Assembly (NCBI GenBank): GCA_029260935.1
Contig: JAJDCJ010000012.1
Location: forward strand, 33,315 to 97,314
Length of the DNA: 64,000 nucleotides
Origin: Patescibacteria group bacterium
Lineage (GTDB): Bacteria > Patescibacteriota > Minisyncoccia > Phycocordibacterales > Phycocordibacteraceae
Direction: 5' to 3'
Below, piece by piece: positions 10,475 to 18,324 of the stretch. The notes below the pieces were generated by a model. The model did not search any database, had not been told where the DNA came from, and was given only the letters and a program-made list of their open reading frames with translations. Positions within the stretch are counted from its first letter, which is position 1. The number at the start of each line of letters is the position of its first letter. The position numbers were made by a program, and so were the translations under genes.

Positions 10475-10858
10475 TTATGTGGGGTTGTTTTCTAATTTTT
10501 CCAGAAGTATTTTTTTTAATCCTTCCATATCGCTTACTCCCTCAATCTCTTCCGCATTCACCAAAATGTTTAACCCGTCTTCAGATTCGGTCAAAATAAC
10601 CGGCAGAGCAGTGTCCGTATGGTGTGGATATTTTTTATGAAACTCATCTCGGTGGAGAAATGTCTTTTCATTCGGCAGTGAATCAAGAAAGTCCCGCCAC
10701 GGCGACTTCATAGCCACCGCACCATACGTCACCATACAGAGGTTGCAGGCATACTTGCTCGGTGTCACGATACGCGTAATAAAATCTTCTGCCGCAGCTT
10801 TCAGCGTTGCATCGGAATTATAAACAAAAATTATCTGAGGATTTTCTTTGTCACTCAT
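10475..10858 (-). CDS. hypothetical protein with a CNLC motif
   Basis: 127-aa ORF whose stop and start are adjacent to the neighbouring genes. Confidence 0.4.
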   Translation of the reverse strand: MSDKENPQIIFVYNSDATLKAAAEDFITRIVTPSKYACNLCMVTYGAVAMKSPWRDFLDSLPNEKTFLHRDEFHKKYPHHTDTALPVILTESEDGLNILVNAEEIEGVSDMEGLKKILLEKLENNPT

Positions 10859-11556
10859 CCGATAAGCATATCAGACTTTATATTCGGGATATCAAAAAAA
10901 TGTAATAATTCCTCAGGTGTATCAACTACTGCAACCGGGTTTCCTTGCTCTAAACGGGCGCGAGAGTGAAAGCCCCACGTTACAGCAACACTTTGTATAC
11001 CGGCACTATGCGCTTCGTGTATATCCCCAAGTGTATCCGTAATAAACCAGTAGTTTTCTTTTGGTAGCGCATACAGGGTAATCAATTCTTCTAGTTTTTC
11101 AATCTTACTGGTGCTTTTTTCCATCCCCCATACATGTTTGAAAAGTGAATGTATATTATTTTGCCGTAGGTACCCACAGAGCGCATCATCAAGACTAGAC
11201 GAAACAATAGAAAATGCAGAGTTTTTATGTAGTGTAGTAAGTGCTCGTTTCAAGGGTTTGCCGATAGACATTCTCTGTAGCCCTTCTGTATATTTTTTAT
11301 AAAAAATATACTTATCTACTGTGCTGATTTCCTTGGTGTGTATGGCGTTGTGAACATTACCATCAAACCAGCTACGATATTCTTCGCGAGTAAGCGTAGG
11401 TAACGGGTCCTTAAAAAGGTTAAAGGTTAACTCAAACGTGTCTTCAATAACCCCGTCAAAATCAAAAATAAGAAGCTTCTTCATAGTACAGTTTTGTTCA
11501 CGCTCTGAAATTATATATGCTTTATGAACGGCTCCTGCCGGTGGTGTGGCAGGCAT
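10855..11556 (-). CDS. HAD-superfamily hydrolase/phosphatase
   Basis: LLIFDFDGVIEDT motif I of the HAD fold. Confidence 0.7.
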   Translation of the reverse strand: MPATPPAGAVHKAYIISEREQNCTMKKLLIFDFDGVIEDTFELTFNLFKDPLPTLTREEYRSWFDGNVHNAIHTKEISTVDKYIFYKKYTEGLQRMSIGKPLKRALTTLHKNSAFSIVSSSLDDALCGYLRQNNIHSLFKHVWGMEKSTSKIEKLEELITLYALPKENYWFITDTLGDIHEAHSAGIQSVAVTWGFHSRARLEQGNPVAVVDTPEELLHFFDIPNIKSDMLIG

Positions 11557-11983
11557 GCAGGCGGTGCATATACCTGTTCACCACGAACACCGAAAGTGGG
11601 AGCAGGAGCGCCATTTGAAGCACGGGAGAGAGCCCGACATTCAGCCCCGGAATAATAGGCATGGTGTTCAGGTAAAACCAACGATCAAAAACAAAAGCTT
11701 TGTATTCCACAAACACGGCAATGAAGATACCTAAAATAAAGAGCCCTGCATAGTCGGTAATGCGAACGCTTTGAAACCACACCAAGCTCTTTTTAAACAA
11801 GGCAACAAGGAGCACCGCGCCGAACGTGTAGCGCACATCACCAAGGGTGGCCCATAGGGTAATAGGAACGCTCCCTGAAAGTCCCTCATATCCTCCGTAT
11901 AAAGAGAGGTGTGAAGATTCCCACACAAAGTGAAACACAAAAGAAACCACGGCAAGCAGACCATAAATATAGAGTGTTTTCAT
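11522..11983 (-). CDS. integral membrane protein, unknown
   Basis: 153 aa, four hydrophobic helices. Confidence 0.4.
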   Translation of the reverse strand: MKTLYIYGLLAVVSFVFHFVWESSHLSLYGGYEGLSGSVPITLWATLGDVRYTFGAVLLVALFKKSLVWFQSVRITDYAGLFILGIFIAVFVEYKAFVFDRWFYLNTMPIIPGLNVGLSPVLQMALLLPLSVFVVNRYMHRLHACHTTGRSRS

Positions 11984-12017
11984 GCACCTTCATAATACCT
12001 GAATTACTACAAAAAGC

Positions 12018-12269
12018 TCACAGTGATATTATTTTGAGTAAGTCTAACTTTTTATTACGAGACAACTTCTTGATTTGAGCTTCGCGTTTTTGTGCGGTGC
12101 CACGGCTAGGATGTTTCTCACTGTATACAATTTTCCGAGCGCCGTGTGAGCGAGTATAGTGCCCACCGTCGCCCTGTATATGTTCTTGTAAGCGTCGTGC
12201 TACGTCTGTAGTAATCCCCGTATAAAAAGAGTCGTCAGCGCATTCCAGTATATAGACGTAATAGTGCAT
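12018..12269 (-). CDS. GIY-YIG domain protein
   Basis: YVYILECADDSFYTGITTDVARRLQEH matches the GIY-YIG signature. Confidence 0.75.
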   Translation of the reverse strand: MHYYVYILECADDSFYTGITTDVARRLQEHIQGDGGHYTRSHGARKIVYSEKHPSRGTAQKREAQIKKLSRNKKLDLLKIISL

Positions 12270-12284
12270 TTCTTTAACTTTACA

Positions 12285-12827
12285 CTATCGCATCAAAGTA
12301 GACTTAAAAAGTTTTTCTTGTGTTGCTTTCTTTAAAACATCATCAAGTGAATGCCGAAACCAATATGTATAGTGCTCTTTGTGATTGTGTATATCTTCTT
12401 GTAGTGCTTTGAGTTCAATCCATTTCCAATCATCCGCCTCTTCAGGGTGTAGCACTGGAGGTTGGTCGGATATTCCAACAAGGACGTGGTCATATTCGTG
12501 TTCAATAAGACCATTAGGAAATTCTGTCTTATACACAAATGAATGCACCTCAGTAAGGTCGCAATCAAAGCCCATTTCCTCTTGAAGTCTGCGGTGGGCG
12601 GCATCTAAAGTACGTTCATTGGGCCGTGGGTGACTACAGCATGTATTTGTCCATAACCCACCTGAGTGGTATTTATCTTGCGCCCTTTTCTGAAGTAGCA
12701 TTCGCCCGTCAGGATGAAAAATAAATACTGAAATTGCGCGGTGCAGTTTCCCCTGCCTGTGAGCTGCAAGTTTTTCCATCGTTCCAATGTGTTCGTCGTT
12801 TTCGTTTACAAGAATGACCTCTTCCAT
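12285..12827 (-). CDS. idi: isopentenyl-diphosphate delta-isomerase, type 1 (Nudix)
   Basis: HRAISVFIF and WTNTCCSHP motifs plus a glutamate cluster. Confidence 0.85.
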   Translation of the reverse strand: MEEVILVNENDEHIGTMEKLAAHRQGKLHRAISVFIFHPDGRMLLQKRAQDKYHSGGLWTNTCCSHPRPNERTLDAAHRRLQEEMGFDCDLTEVHSFVYKTEFPNGLIEHEYDHVLVGISDQPPVLHPEEADDWKWIELKALQEDIHNHKEHYTYWFRHSLDDVLKKATQEKLFKSTLMR

Positions 12828-12966
12828 GCGTGTATTGTATCAAAATAGATATATAACCGAATTAACGACTGAACTAACGACAGAGTTATCTAAAGAGAAA
12901 GATTATCTTGAATAATCTGTTCATTTGGAAAACCGAGTAAATCATTTTTCCTATACCATTCTTGCC

Positions 12967-12995
12967 GACGCGATTTTTACGCTTCTGACTTCTTG
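12967..12995. repeat. 29-bp direct repeat GACGCGATTTTTACGCTTCTGACTTCTTG (copy 1)
   Basis: Exact match to the copy at 13657-13685; the two copies bracket the P-loop kinase gene. Confidence 0.9.
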
Positions 12996-13064
12996 ACGTA
13001 TGTGGTTTTACCAGATCCCGGCAAGCCACAGATGAGGTACGTGGTTGATTTTTCGTGCATATAT

Positions 13065-13613
13065 CTATAGTCCAGTGTCTTTTTTTATTAACGCTACAGT
13101 AGCTTCAAGCGTAAAATCGTCGGTGATGATTTTCTCGCCAGGAAAGCCGATTATGTCGTTTTCTTTGTACCATCGTGCCATTTGCTCCCCTGTAAACTCA
13201 TCTCGTTTTGGTTTTGTTTGATGGCGTTTTATTGTTTCCTCAAGAGAAATATTGAAGTAGTAATAGAACGTATTATTGGGGTGTTGCTTGTTTAATTTCA
13301 GGAAAAAGTCTTTATAGACATCAAACACAAAATTTCCCTCAAGAATTACATGAAAACCTCTTTCTAAGCAAAACATCACTGTTTGATAGATAAGGTCTGC
13401 GTTGTGTGTCCGGGGACGCCCTCTGCATTCTCGCAAGACTTCTCGACGAAGATAGTCTTGTTCAATAATCGCGATGTTTTCTTCTGACTGTTCGCGCAGC
13501 TTTTTGGCAACAGTACTTTTCCCACTCCCAGAACTGCCACGCAGGATGATAAGTTTGGTATCCATTGCTTTATCATAACAAAGGTTAATGGATGCAAACA
13601 TATCTAGTACCAC
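13065..13613 (-). CDS. P-loop nucleotide/nucleoside kinase-like protein
   Basis: LIILRGSSGSGKSTVAKKL Walker A motif; likely start at the internal MDTKL; size about 165-180 aa. Confidence 0.6.
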   Translation of the reverse strand: MVLDMFASINLCYDKAMDTKLIILRGSSGSGKSTVAKKLREQSEENIAIIEQDYLRREVLRECRGRPRTHNADLIYQTVMFCLERGFHVILEGNFVFDVYKDFFLKLNKQHPNNTFYYYFNISLEETIKRHQTKPKRDEFTGEQMARWYKENDIIGFPGEKIITDDFTLEATVALIKKDTGL

Positions 13614-13656
13614 ACTCAGCGGGTATGCAATTTCAGAATAGTCTTCGGAGGGTTTT

Positions 13657-13685
13657 GACGCGATTTTTACGCTTCTGACTTCTTG
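13657..13685. repeat. 29-bp direct repeat (copy 2)
   Basis: Identical to 12967-12995. Confidence 0.9.
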
Positions 13686-13707
13686 TGCCTAGGACGGCAC
13701 TGCGAAG

Positions 13708-13761
13708 CGAATTCGAGCTTTTTTAAAATCGAGCGTTTCACTTGTAAAAAACTCGAATTCG
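13708..13761. repeat. long inverted repeat with 21-nt loop
   Basis: Arms CGAATTCGAGCTTTTTT and AAAAAACTCGAATTCG give about 16 bp of pairing. Confidence 0.7.
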
Positions 13762-13770
13762 GCTGGCCGT

Positions 13771-13838
13771 CTCGAGCTAGAACCGCGGTCGGTTAAGCCC
13801 CACAAGGTTATTTTTAACTATTTTATTTTACCAATTCG
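13771..13838. repeat. conserved 3' flank of cassette locus A (about 80% identical to 42631-42700)
   Basis: CTCGAGCTAGAACCGCGGTCGGTTAAGCCCCACAAGGTTATTTTTAACTATT against CTCGGGCTGGAACTGTGGTCGGCTAAGCCCAGTAAGGTTATTTTTAACTATT. Confidence 0.8.
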
Positions 13839-13868
13839 ACGGGTCTCGAGCACCTTAATCTCATATAT

Positions 13869-15176
13869 TCAAAAAGATAAAACACTCAGCATGCTCTCAA
13901 TTGATTCTCGTAAGTCGCTTTCATTAAAATCAGGTCTAGCTGTTTCATCTGCATGATGAATTTTATTTCTTATGGATACAGGAAGAGACTCAATAACAAC
14001 ATCTCCGACTTTACATGTTGAGTGAGAAATAGTCGCAGTAAACTGACTTGCTTTTCTTACGTTCGAATCTCCATCTAATTTCCTTTTTAGTTGACTGTAG
14101 CCCCCTTCTTTTACCTCCAAAGCAGCGAAAAGCTCGATATGTAATAGTTCATCGACGATATCATAAACTTTATAGTTTATTAAATTTAAACTGGGACCGC
14201 CTCCAATCATGTTTTTATAAAACCCAATCTTTTCACCTATCTGCTCCTTATTTCTGTCAATCTTGTAACACACGCTTTTCCCGTCCCTCAATCCTTGCAG
14301 GATGTACGGAGAATGAGTTGCTATCACAAATTGAATATCTAAACCCGTAAACACATCCGTTAGAAACTGAATATATTTCTTCTGCCACTTAGGATGCAAA
14401 CTTGTCTCTGGTTCATCAATTAGTATTAAAGAACCGTCTAAATTTTCTAACTCTTTTAAAAGGTGACCGACTCTATAAATTATTTGTTTCTCTCCTGTGC
14501 TAAATGTACCCAAACCAACTTCGTTACTGTTTTCGTCTGTGAAGACAATCTTCAGTTCACCATCTTGAGGCTTAACAGTTTTGAATGTTTTTGTCCCATT
14601 AAACATTTTTTCAAATGCATTTGTAAATCTTTCAATTTTACGAGTATGTTGCTCTGGAATTTTTCCATGCTCTGCAATGTAGTCATCGATAAAAGTCGCA
14701 TCCTGGGTCTTAAGATTAACTAACAGTTGAGGAATTACCTCAGATAAATCCTCAGACTCTTCTCTTGGGTTCCTTTTCTCATCTATGGTTATTGCGGTTG
14801 CAGAAGTAACTTTAGGATTTTTAAAACCAACAGCAACCCTATCGTAAATAACTTTTAAATCTTTTGGGTGATTATCACTGCTAATTCGACTGTCCTCTAC
14901 ATTGATTTTCATTTCGGTGTACTCTTCGCCATCCAGGAGAGAAAGTACGGCTTTTATTTCATTACTGTCCACGTGTATTAAGTAACCCTCTTCTGTCTTT
15001 CCCAAGCTGTTATAAATCAAATCAAGAATGGACGTCTTTCCATATCCATTCTCACCAGCCAAAAAGAAGAAAGAGGGTATATTCTTTTTATCCTCAGACT
15101 TTTCAAAAAGTGTTAAAACTGAATCCCCTTTGAACGCAGGATGTGAAGTAAATTTGATTTGTTGAAGTTTTTTCAT
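13869..15176 (-). CDS. ABC/SMC-type P-loop ATPase (AAA_21/AAA_15-like), second gene of a two-gene operon
   Basis: Walker A LAGENGYGKTS, signature-like FSTGEKQ, Walker B LILIDEPETSLHP, H-loop ATHSP, and a 120-aa C-terminal extension with no TOPRIM or HNH motif. Confidence 0.75.
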   Translation of the reverse strand: MKKLQQIKFTSHPAFKGDSVLTLFEKSEDKKNIPSFFFLAGENGYGKTSILDLIYNSLGKTEEGYLIHVDSNEIKAVLSLLDGEEYTEMKINVEDSRISSDNHPKDLKVIYDRVAVGFKNPKVTSATAITIDEKRNPREESEDLSEVIPQLLVNLKTQDATFIDDYIAEHGKIPEQHTRKIERFTNAFEKMFNGTKTFKTVKPQDGELKIVFTDENSNEVGLGTFSTGEKQIIYRVGHLLKELENLDGSLILIDEPETSLHPKWQKKYIQFLTDVFTGLDIQFVIATHSPYILQGLRDGKSVCYKIDRNKEQIGEKIGFYKNMIGGGPSLNLINYKVYDIVDELLHIELFAALEVKEGGYSQLKRKLDGDSNVRKASQFTATISHSTCKVGDVVIESLPVSIRNKIHHADETARPDFNESDLRESIESMLSVLSF

Positions 15177-15679
15177 TTTTTATCATCAGTATTCCAAAAT
15201 CTCTCAACCTCTTCCTGTTTCTTTTTCCTTTCTGAATCCAACTCATTCCTAAATGACTGCCCCAATTCATTTGCAAATCTATTTTCAATTTCTTCAACTC
15301 TTAGGTATGCTTCACGACCTTCATTTTGGTGTTCTTTACTGCTTTCGTCATCTTCACTTTCTAATGATAGATAATGTGAAGAATTTTGTCTGCTGAGATT
15401 GTACGCGTAATCTTTCCAATCTTCAGCTAAACGAACCAATTTAGATTGATCATGTTTATGTTTTTCTTTCAATCGAATGTACCAGTCTTTCATTCTTACT
15501 ACTTCTGGTTCATCTTCTTCCAACCCATAGGCAACCTTAGCTGTTGTTCTGTATGAATTAAGCATTAAGTCTGCAAATTCCTCGTATTTTTCTATCTTTT
15601 TTGCAGGTGTCGAATCAAGCACTAGTTTTGCTATGTACCAAATTGCCACGATTATTAAAATTGTATAAATAAAACTCAT
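15173..15679 (-). CDS. membrane-anchored coiled-coil protein, first gene of the operon (start corrected to MSFIYTIL)
   Basis: N-terminal TM helix IYTILIIVAIWYIAKLVL followed by a highly charged E/K/D-rich region; overlaps the ATPase gene by 4 bp (ATGA). Confidence 0.55.
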   Translation of the reverse strand: MSFIYTILIIVAIWYIAKLVLDSTPAKKIEKYEEFADLMLNSYRTTAKVAYGLEEDEPEVVRMKDWYIRLKEKHKHDQSKLVRLAEDWKDYAYNLSRQNSSHYLSLESEDDESSKEHQNEGREAYLRVEEIENRFANELGQSFRNELDSERKKKQEEVERFWNTDDKK

Positions 15680-15780
15680 ATCTTTTATTCTATCGCAACC
15701 ACCATATTTATATAGTAAGTTGCCTGCAACGCTCTTCGAGCGCACGAGATCGCTATATTCCTCGAGCTAGCTCGATTTGG
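15680..15780 (-). promoter_or_regulatory. conserved 5' flank/promoter of cassette locus A (homologous to 43350-43447)
   Basis: Shares TTGCGATAG(A/T)ATAAAA(G/A)AT immediately before the ATG, plus CTCGTGCGCTCGA and GAGCTAGC blocks, with locus B. Confidence 0.7.
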
Positions 15781-15935
15781 CTGGGGGACAGGGACTCGAA
15801 CCCCGATTGATGGCACCAGAAACCATAGTCCTACCGACAAGCGAGTGAGGGTCACAGGAAAGTTTACTTTCATATGACCGAACGAGCGCAGTCGGAAAGC
15901 TTTGCTTACCACTGGACGATCCCCCAAGGCGTTAG
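15781..15935 (-). tRNA. tRNA-Gln(CUG) interrupted in the D-loop by an 81-nt insertion
   Basis: The exons fold into a canonical 74-nt tRNA with U1-A72, G73, D-arm GUCC/GGAC, anticodon loop UUCUGGU and T-loop UUCGAGU. The insert starts AGCAAAGCUU. Confidence 0.6.
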
Positions 15936-16044
15936 CAATACCTAACACTGGGCACACAATAGCCAAAAATGGGTATACTTTCAAGAGCGACGGTGCAGTG
16001 CGCTATACTGAATACATAAAAAATCTAATCCGTAATAAGAATAT

Positions 16045-16524
16045 ATGAAAGATGTAATTGTAATTGTAATCGTCCTTTTATTAGTGGCCGCTGGATATTA
16101 TTTCTTTTTCCAAAACCCACGACCAAACACGAGCGCTACAGAGCAACAATCAACCATACCTGAAGTGAGTTCACAAACCGCTGGAAATATTGACAGTGCC
16201 GAAGGTGAAGTTATAGACGATGGAGACGGACCGGTGAAAACCTTTACCATTGAAGGTCAGAACTTTTCTTTCTCTCCTTCTGTTATGAGCGTTGATCAGG
16301 GTGATACTGTACGCGTGGTATTTAAAAACGTTGGTGGTTTCCACGACTTCACACTGGACGAGTTTGGCGCAAAAACAAAACGCATCAACACTGGGGAAGA
16401 AGCCGTGGTTGAGTTTGTTGCCGACAAAACTGGTTCTTTTGAGTATTACTGTTCAGTGGGCACCCACCGACAATTCGGCATGAAAGGCACTATTACAGTA
16501 AATGAATTACCTGAAGAAAATTAA
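16045..16524 (+). CDS. membrane-anchored cupredoxin (plastocyanin/amicyanin-like type-1 copper protein)
   Basis: N-terminal TM anchor, then GGFHDF...YYCSVGTHRQFGM, which supplies His, Cys, His, Met copper ligands. Confidence 0.65.
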   Translation: MKDVIVIVIVLLLVAAGYYFFFQNPRPNTSATEQQSTIPEVSSQTAGNIDSAEGEVIDDGDGPVKTFTIEGQNFSFSPSVMSVDQGDTVRVVFKNVGGFHDFTLDEFGAKTKRINTGEEAVVEFVADKTGSFEYYCSVGTHRQFGMKGTITVNELPEEN

Positions 16525-16541
16525 ACCTTGTCACCATAACA

Positions 16542-18272
16542 CTACGATGTTCTTTTTCTTTTTCTTTTAAGGGACGCTTCTACGAAACCCGTAAACAGTG
16601 GGTGTGGATCAAGAGGGCGTGCTAAAAATTCAGGATGAAATTGTGTTGCTATAAAAAATGGATGATCGTTTTTAGGCAACTCTGCAATTTCCATCAACAC
16701 CCCGTCAGGTGATCTCCCTGAAAACACGAGACCCGCTGATTCAAGCTGTTCTACATACTCTGGATTTACTTCATAGCGGTGTCGGTGACGTTCCTGTATC
16801 GCATGTCTTTTATAAAGCGAGTGAGTATGACTTCCCTTTTTTAGTTTTGCAGGATAACTTCCCAGACGCATAGTGCCACCATATTGAGCCCTAGCAATTT
16901 TATCTTTCTGGTCATGCATAACATCAATAACCAAATGCTTCCCTTTCGGGTTTATTTCTCGTGTGGTTGCATCTTTTATTTTCAATACATTGCGTGCATA
17001 CTCAATCACCATCAACTGCATACCATAGCAAAGCCCCAAGTAAGGGATGTTATGTGTACGTAGATATTTAATAACATTGATCTTTCCTTCAATACCTGTT
17101 GAGCCAAAACCACCGGGTACAATAATTCCATCGTATGTTGCGAGTTTTTTAAGAGTTCCGGGTTTCTCAAAATCGCGAGCACTCAAATAGACGATCTCAG
17201 GTTGAGCGCCGTGGTGGTACGCAGAAAACTTAATCGCTTCAATAACAGAAATGTATACATCCGAGAGAACAAACTCGCCTGAGTTGAAATATTTTCCAAC
17301 TACACCGATAGTCACTTTCTTTTTTGAGGTTTTCCCTCTTTTTGCAAACGCTTCAAATTGAGAAAGATCTGTTTTTTGTCCATTTTTAAGATGGAGAACA
17401 TGTGAGAGAATTGACCCAAGATTATCTCTTTCAAAGTTAGTGGGAACGTCATAGATACTATGTACATTTGGAGCAGAAATAACGTGTTCTTTTTTTACAT
17501 TACAAAATGTTGCAATCTTTTCTTTTCTTTTATCATCAAGTGGAACCGAGGATCGCGCTAAAATTATATCGGCAAACACACCGGCACTGTTGAGTGTACG
17601 TGCCGCATGCTGTGTGGGTTTTGTTTTCATCTCACCGACTGAACTTGGCACTGGAAGATAGGACACCAGTACCACGGCAACATCGTCTGGATATTTTGTT
17701 TTCATCATGCGCGCTGCTTCTAAAAAGAGAATGTTTTGATACTCACCTACCGTACCTCCAATTTCAATAATAGTAATATCAGCGTCAGCATCTTCTGACG
17801 CCTGTTCAATGTTACGAATTGCTTCAAGTGGGATGTCGGGAACCACTTCAACATTTTTTCCTTTGTACTCTAAGTTGCGCTCCTTCTGAATTACGGAAAG
17901 ATACACACTGCCGGTGGTCATATAGTTTTTTCCTGAAAGTGTCGTGTTTAAAAAACGTTCATAGTTACCCATGTCCTGGTCGGTCTCAAGTCCACTGTCA
18001 AGAACAAACACCTCCCCATGCTCGGTTGGGTTCATCGTGCCCGCGTCTACGTTAATGTACGGGTCAATTTTAATGGCAGTGACTTTAAAACCGCGTGCTT
18101 TTAAAATAAGACCAATGGATGAGGAGGCAACACCTTTTCCAACACCGCTCATAACACCACCAACGACAAAAATATATTTGTGGTTGCGTACTTTTTTTTC
18201 TGTGGTCTTCTTTTTATTTTTTTGAGGGGTCTTTTTCTCGGGTTTGTTTTTAGTACCACGAGAATTATTCAT
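16542..18272 (-). CDS. pyrG: CTP synthase with Lys-rich N-terminal extension
   Basis: YIFVVGGVMSGVGKG and LCYGMQ glutamine amidotransferase motifs. Confidence 0.9.
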   Translation of the reverse strand: MNNSRGTKNKPEKKTPQKNKKKTTEKKVRNHKYIFVVGGVMSGVGKGVASSSIGLILKARGFKVTAIKIDPYINVDAGTMNPTEHGEVFVLDSGLETDQDMGNYERFLNTTLSGKNYMTTGSVYLSVIQKERNLEYKGKNVEVVPDIPLEAIRNIEQASEDADADITIIEIGGTVGEYQNILFLEAARMMKTKYPDDVAVVLVSYLPVPSSVGEMKTKPTQHAARTLNSAGVFADIILARSSVPLDDKRKEKIATFCNVKKEHVISAPNVHSIYDVPTNFERDNLGSILSHVLHLKNGQKTDLSQFEAFAKRGKTSKKKVTIGVVGKYFNSGEFVLSDVYISVIEAIKFSAYHHGAQPEIVYLSARDFEKPGTLKKLATYDGIIVPGGFGSTGIEGKINVIKYLRTHNIPYLGLCYGMQLMVIEYARNVLKIKDATTREINPKGKHLVIDVMHDQKDKIARAQYGGTMRLGSYPAKLKKGSHTHSLYKRHAIQERHRHRYEVNPEYVEQLESAGLVFSGRSPDGVLMEIAELPKNDHPFFIATQFHPEFLARPLDPHPLFTGFVEASLKRKRKRTS

Positions 18273-18324
18273 ACTGGTCTCTATTATACCTTAAACCTCA
18301 TCATACCCAAGGGTATTGTGTTTT

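Noticed and set aside
12967-15935. Integrated prophage, ICE or integron at the tRNA-Gln locus
   Set aside because: No integrase, recombinase, relaxase, capsid or terminase gene is visible, and no intI/attI arrangement. Only the cassette-like non-coding ends and direct repeats are seen, so a trans-acting or homologous-recombination mechanism is more plausible.
15685-15984. 99-aa minus-strand ORF
   Set aside because: It is read through the interrupted tRNA-Gln gene and the conserved cassette promoter, and is not a real CDS.
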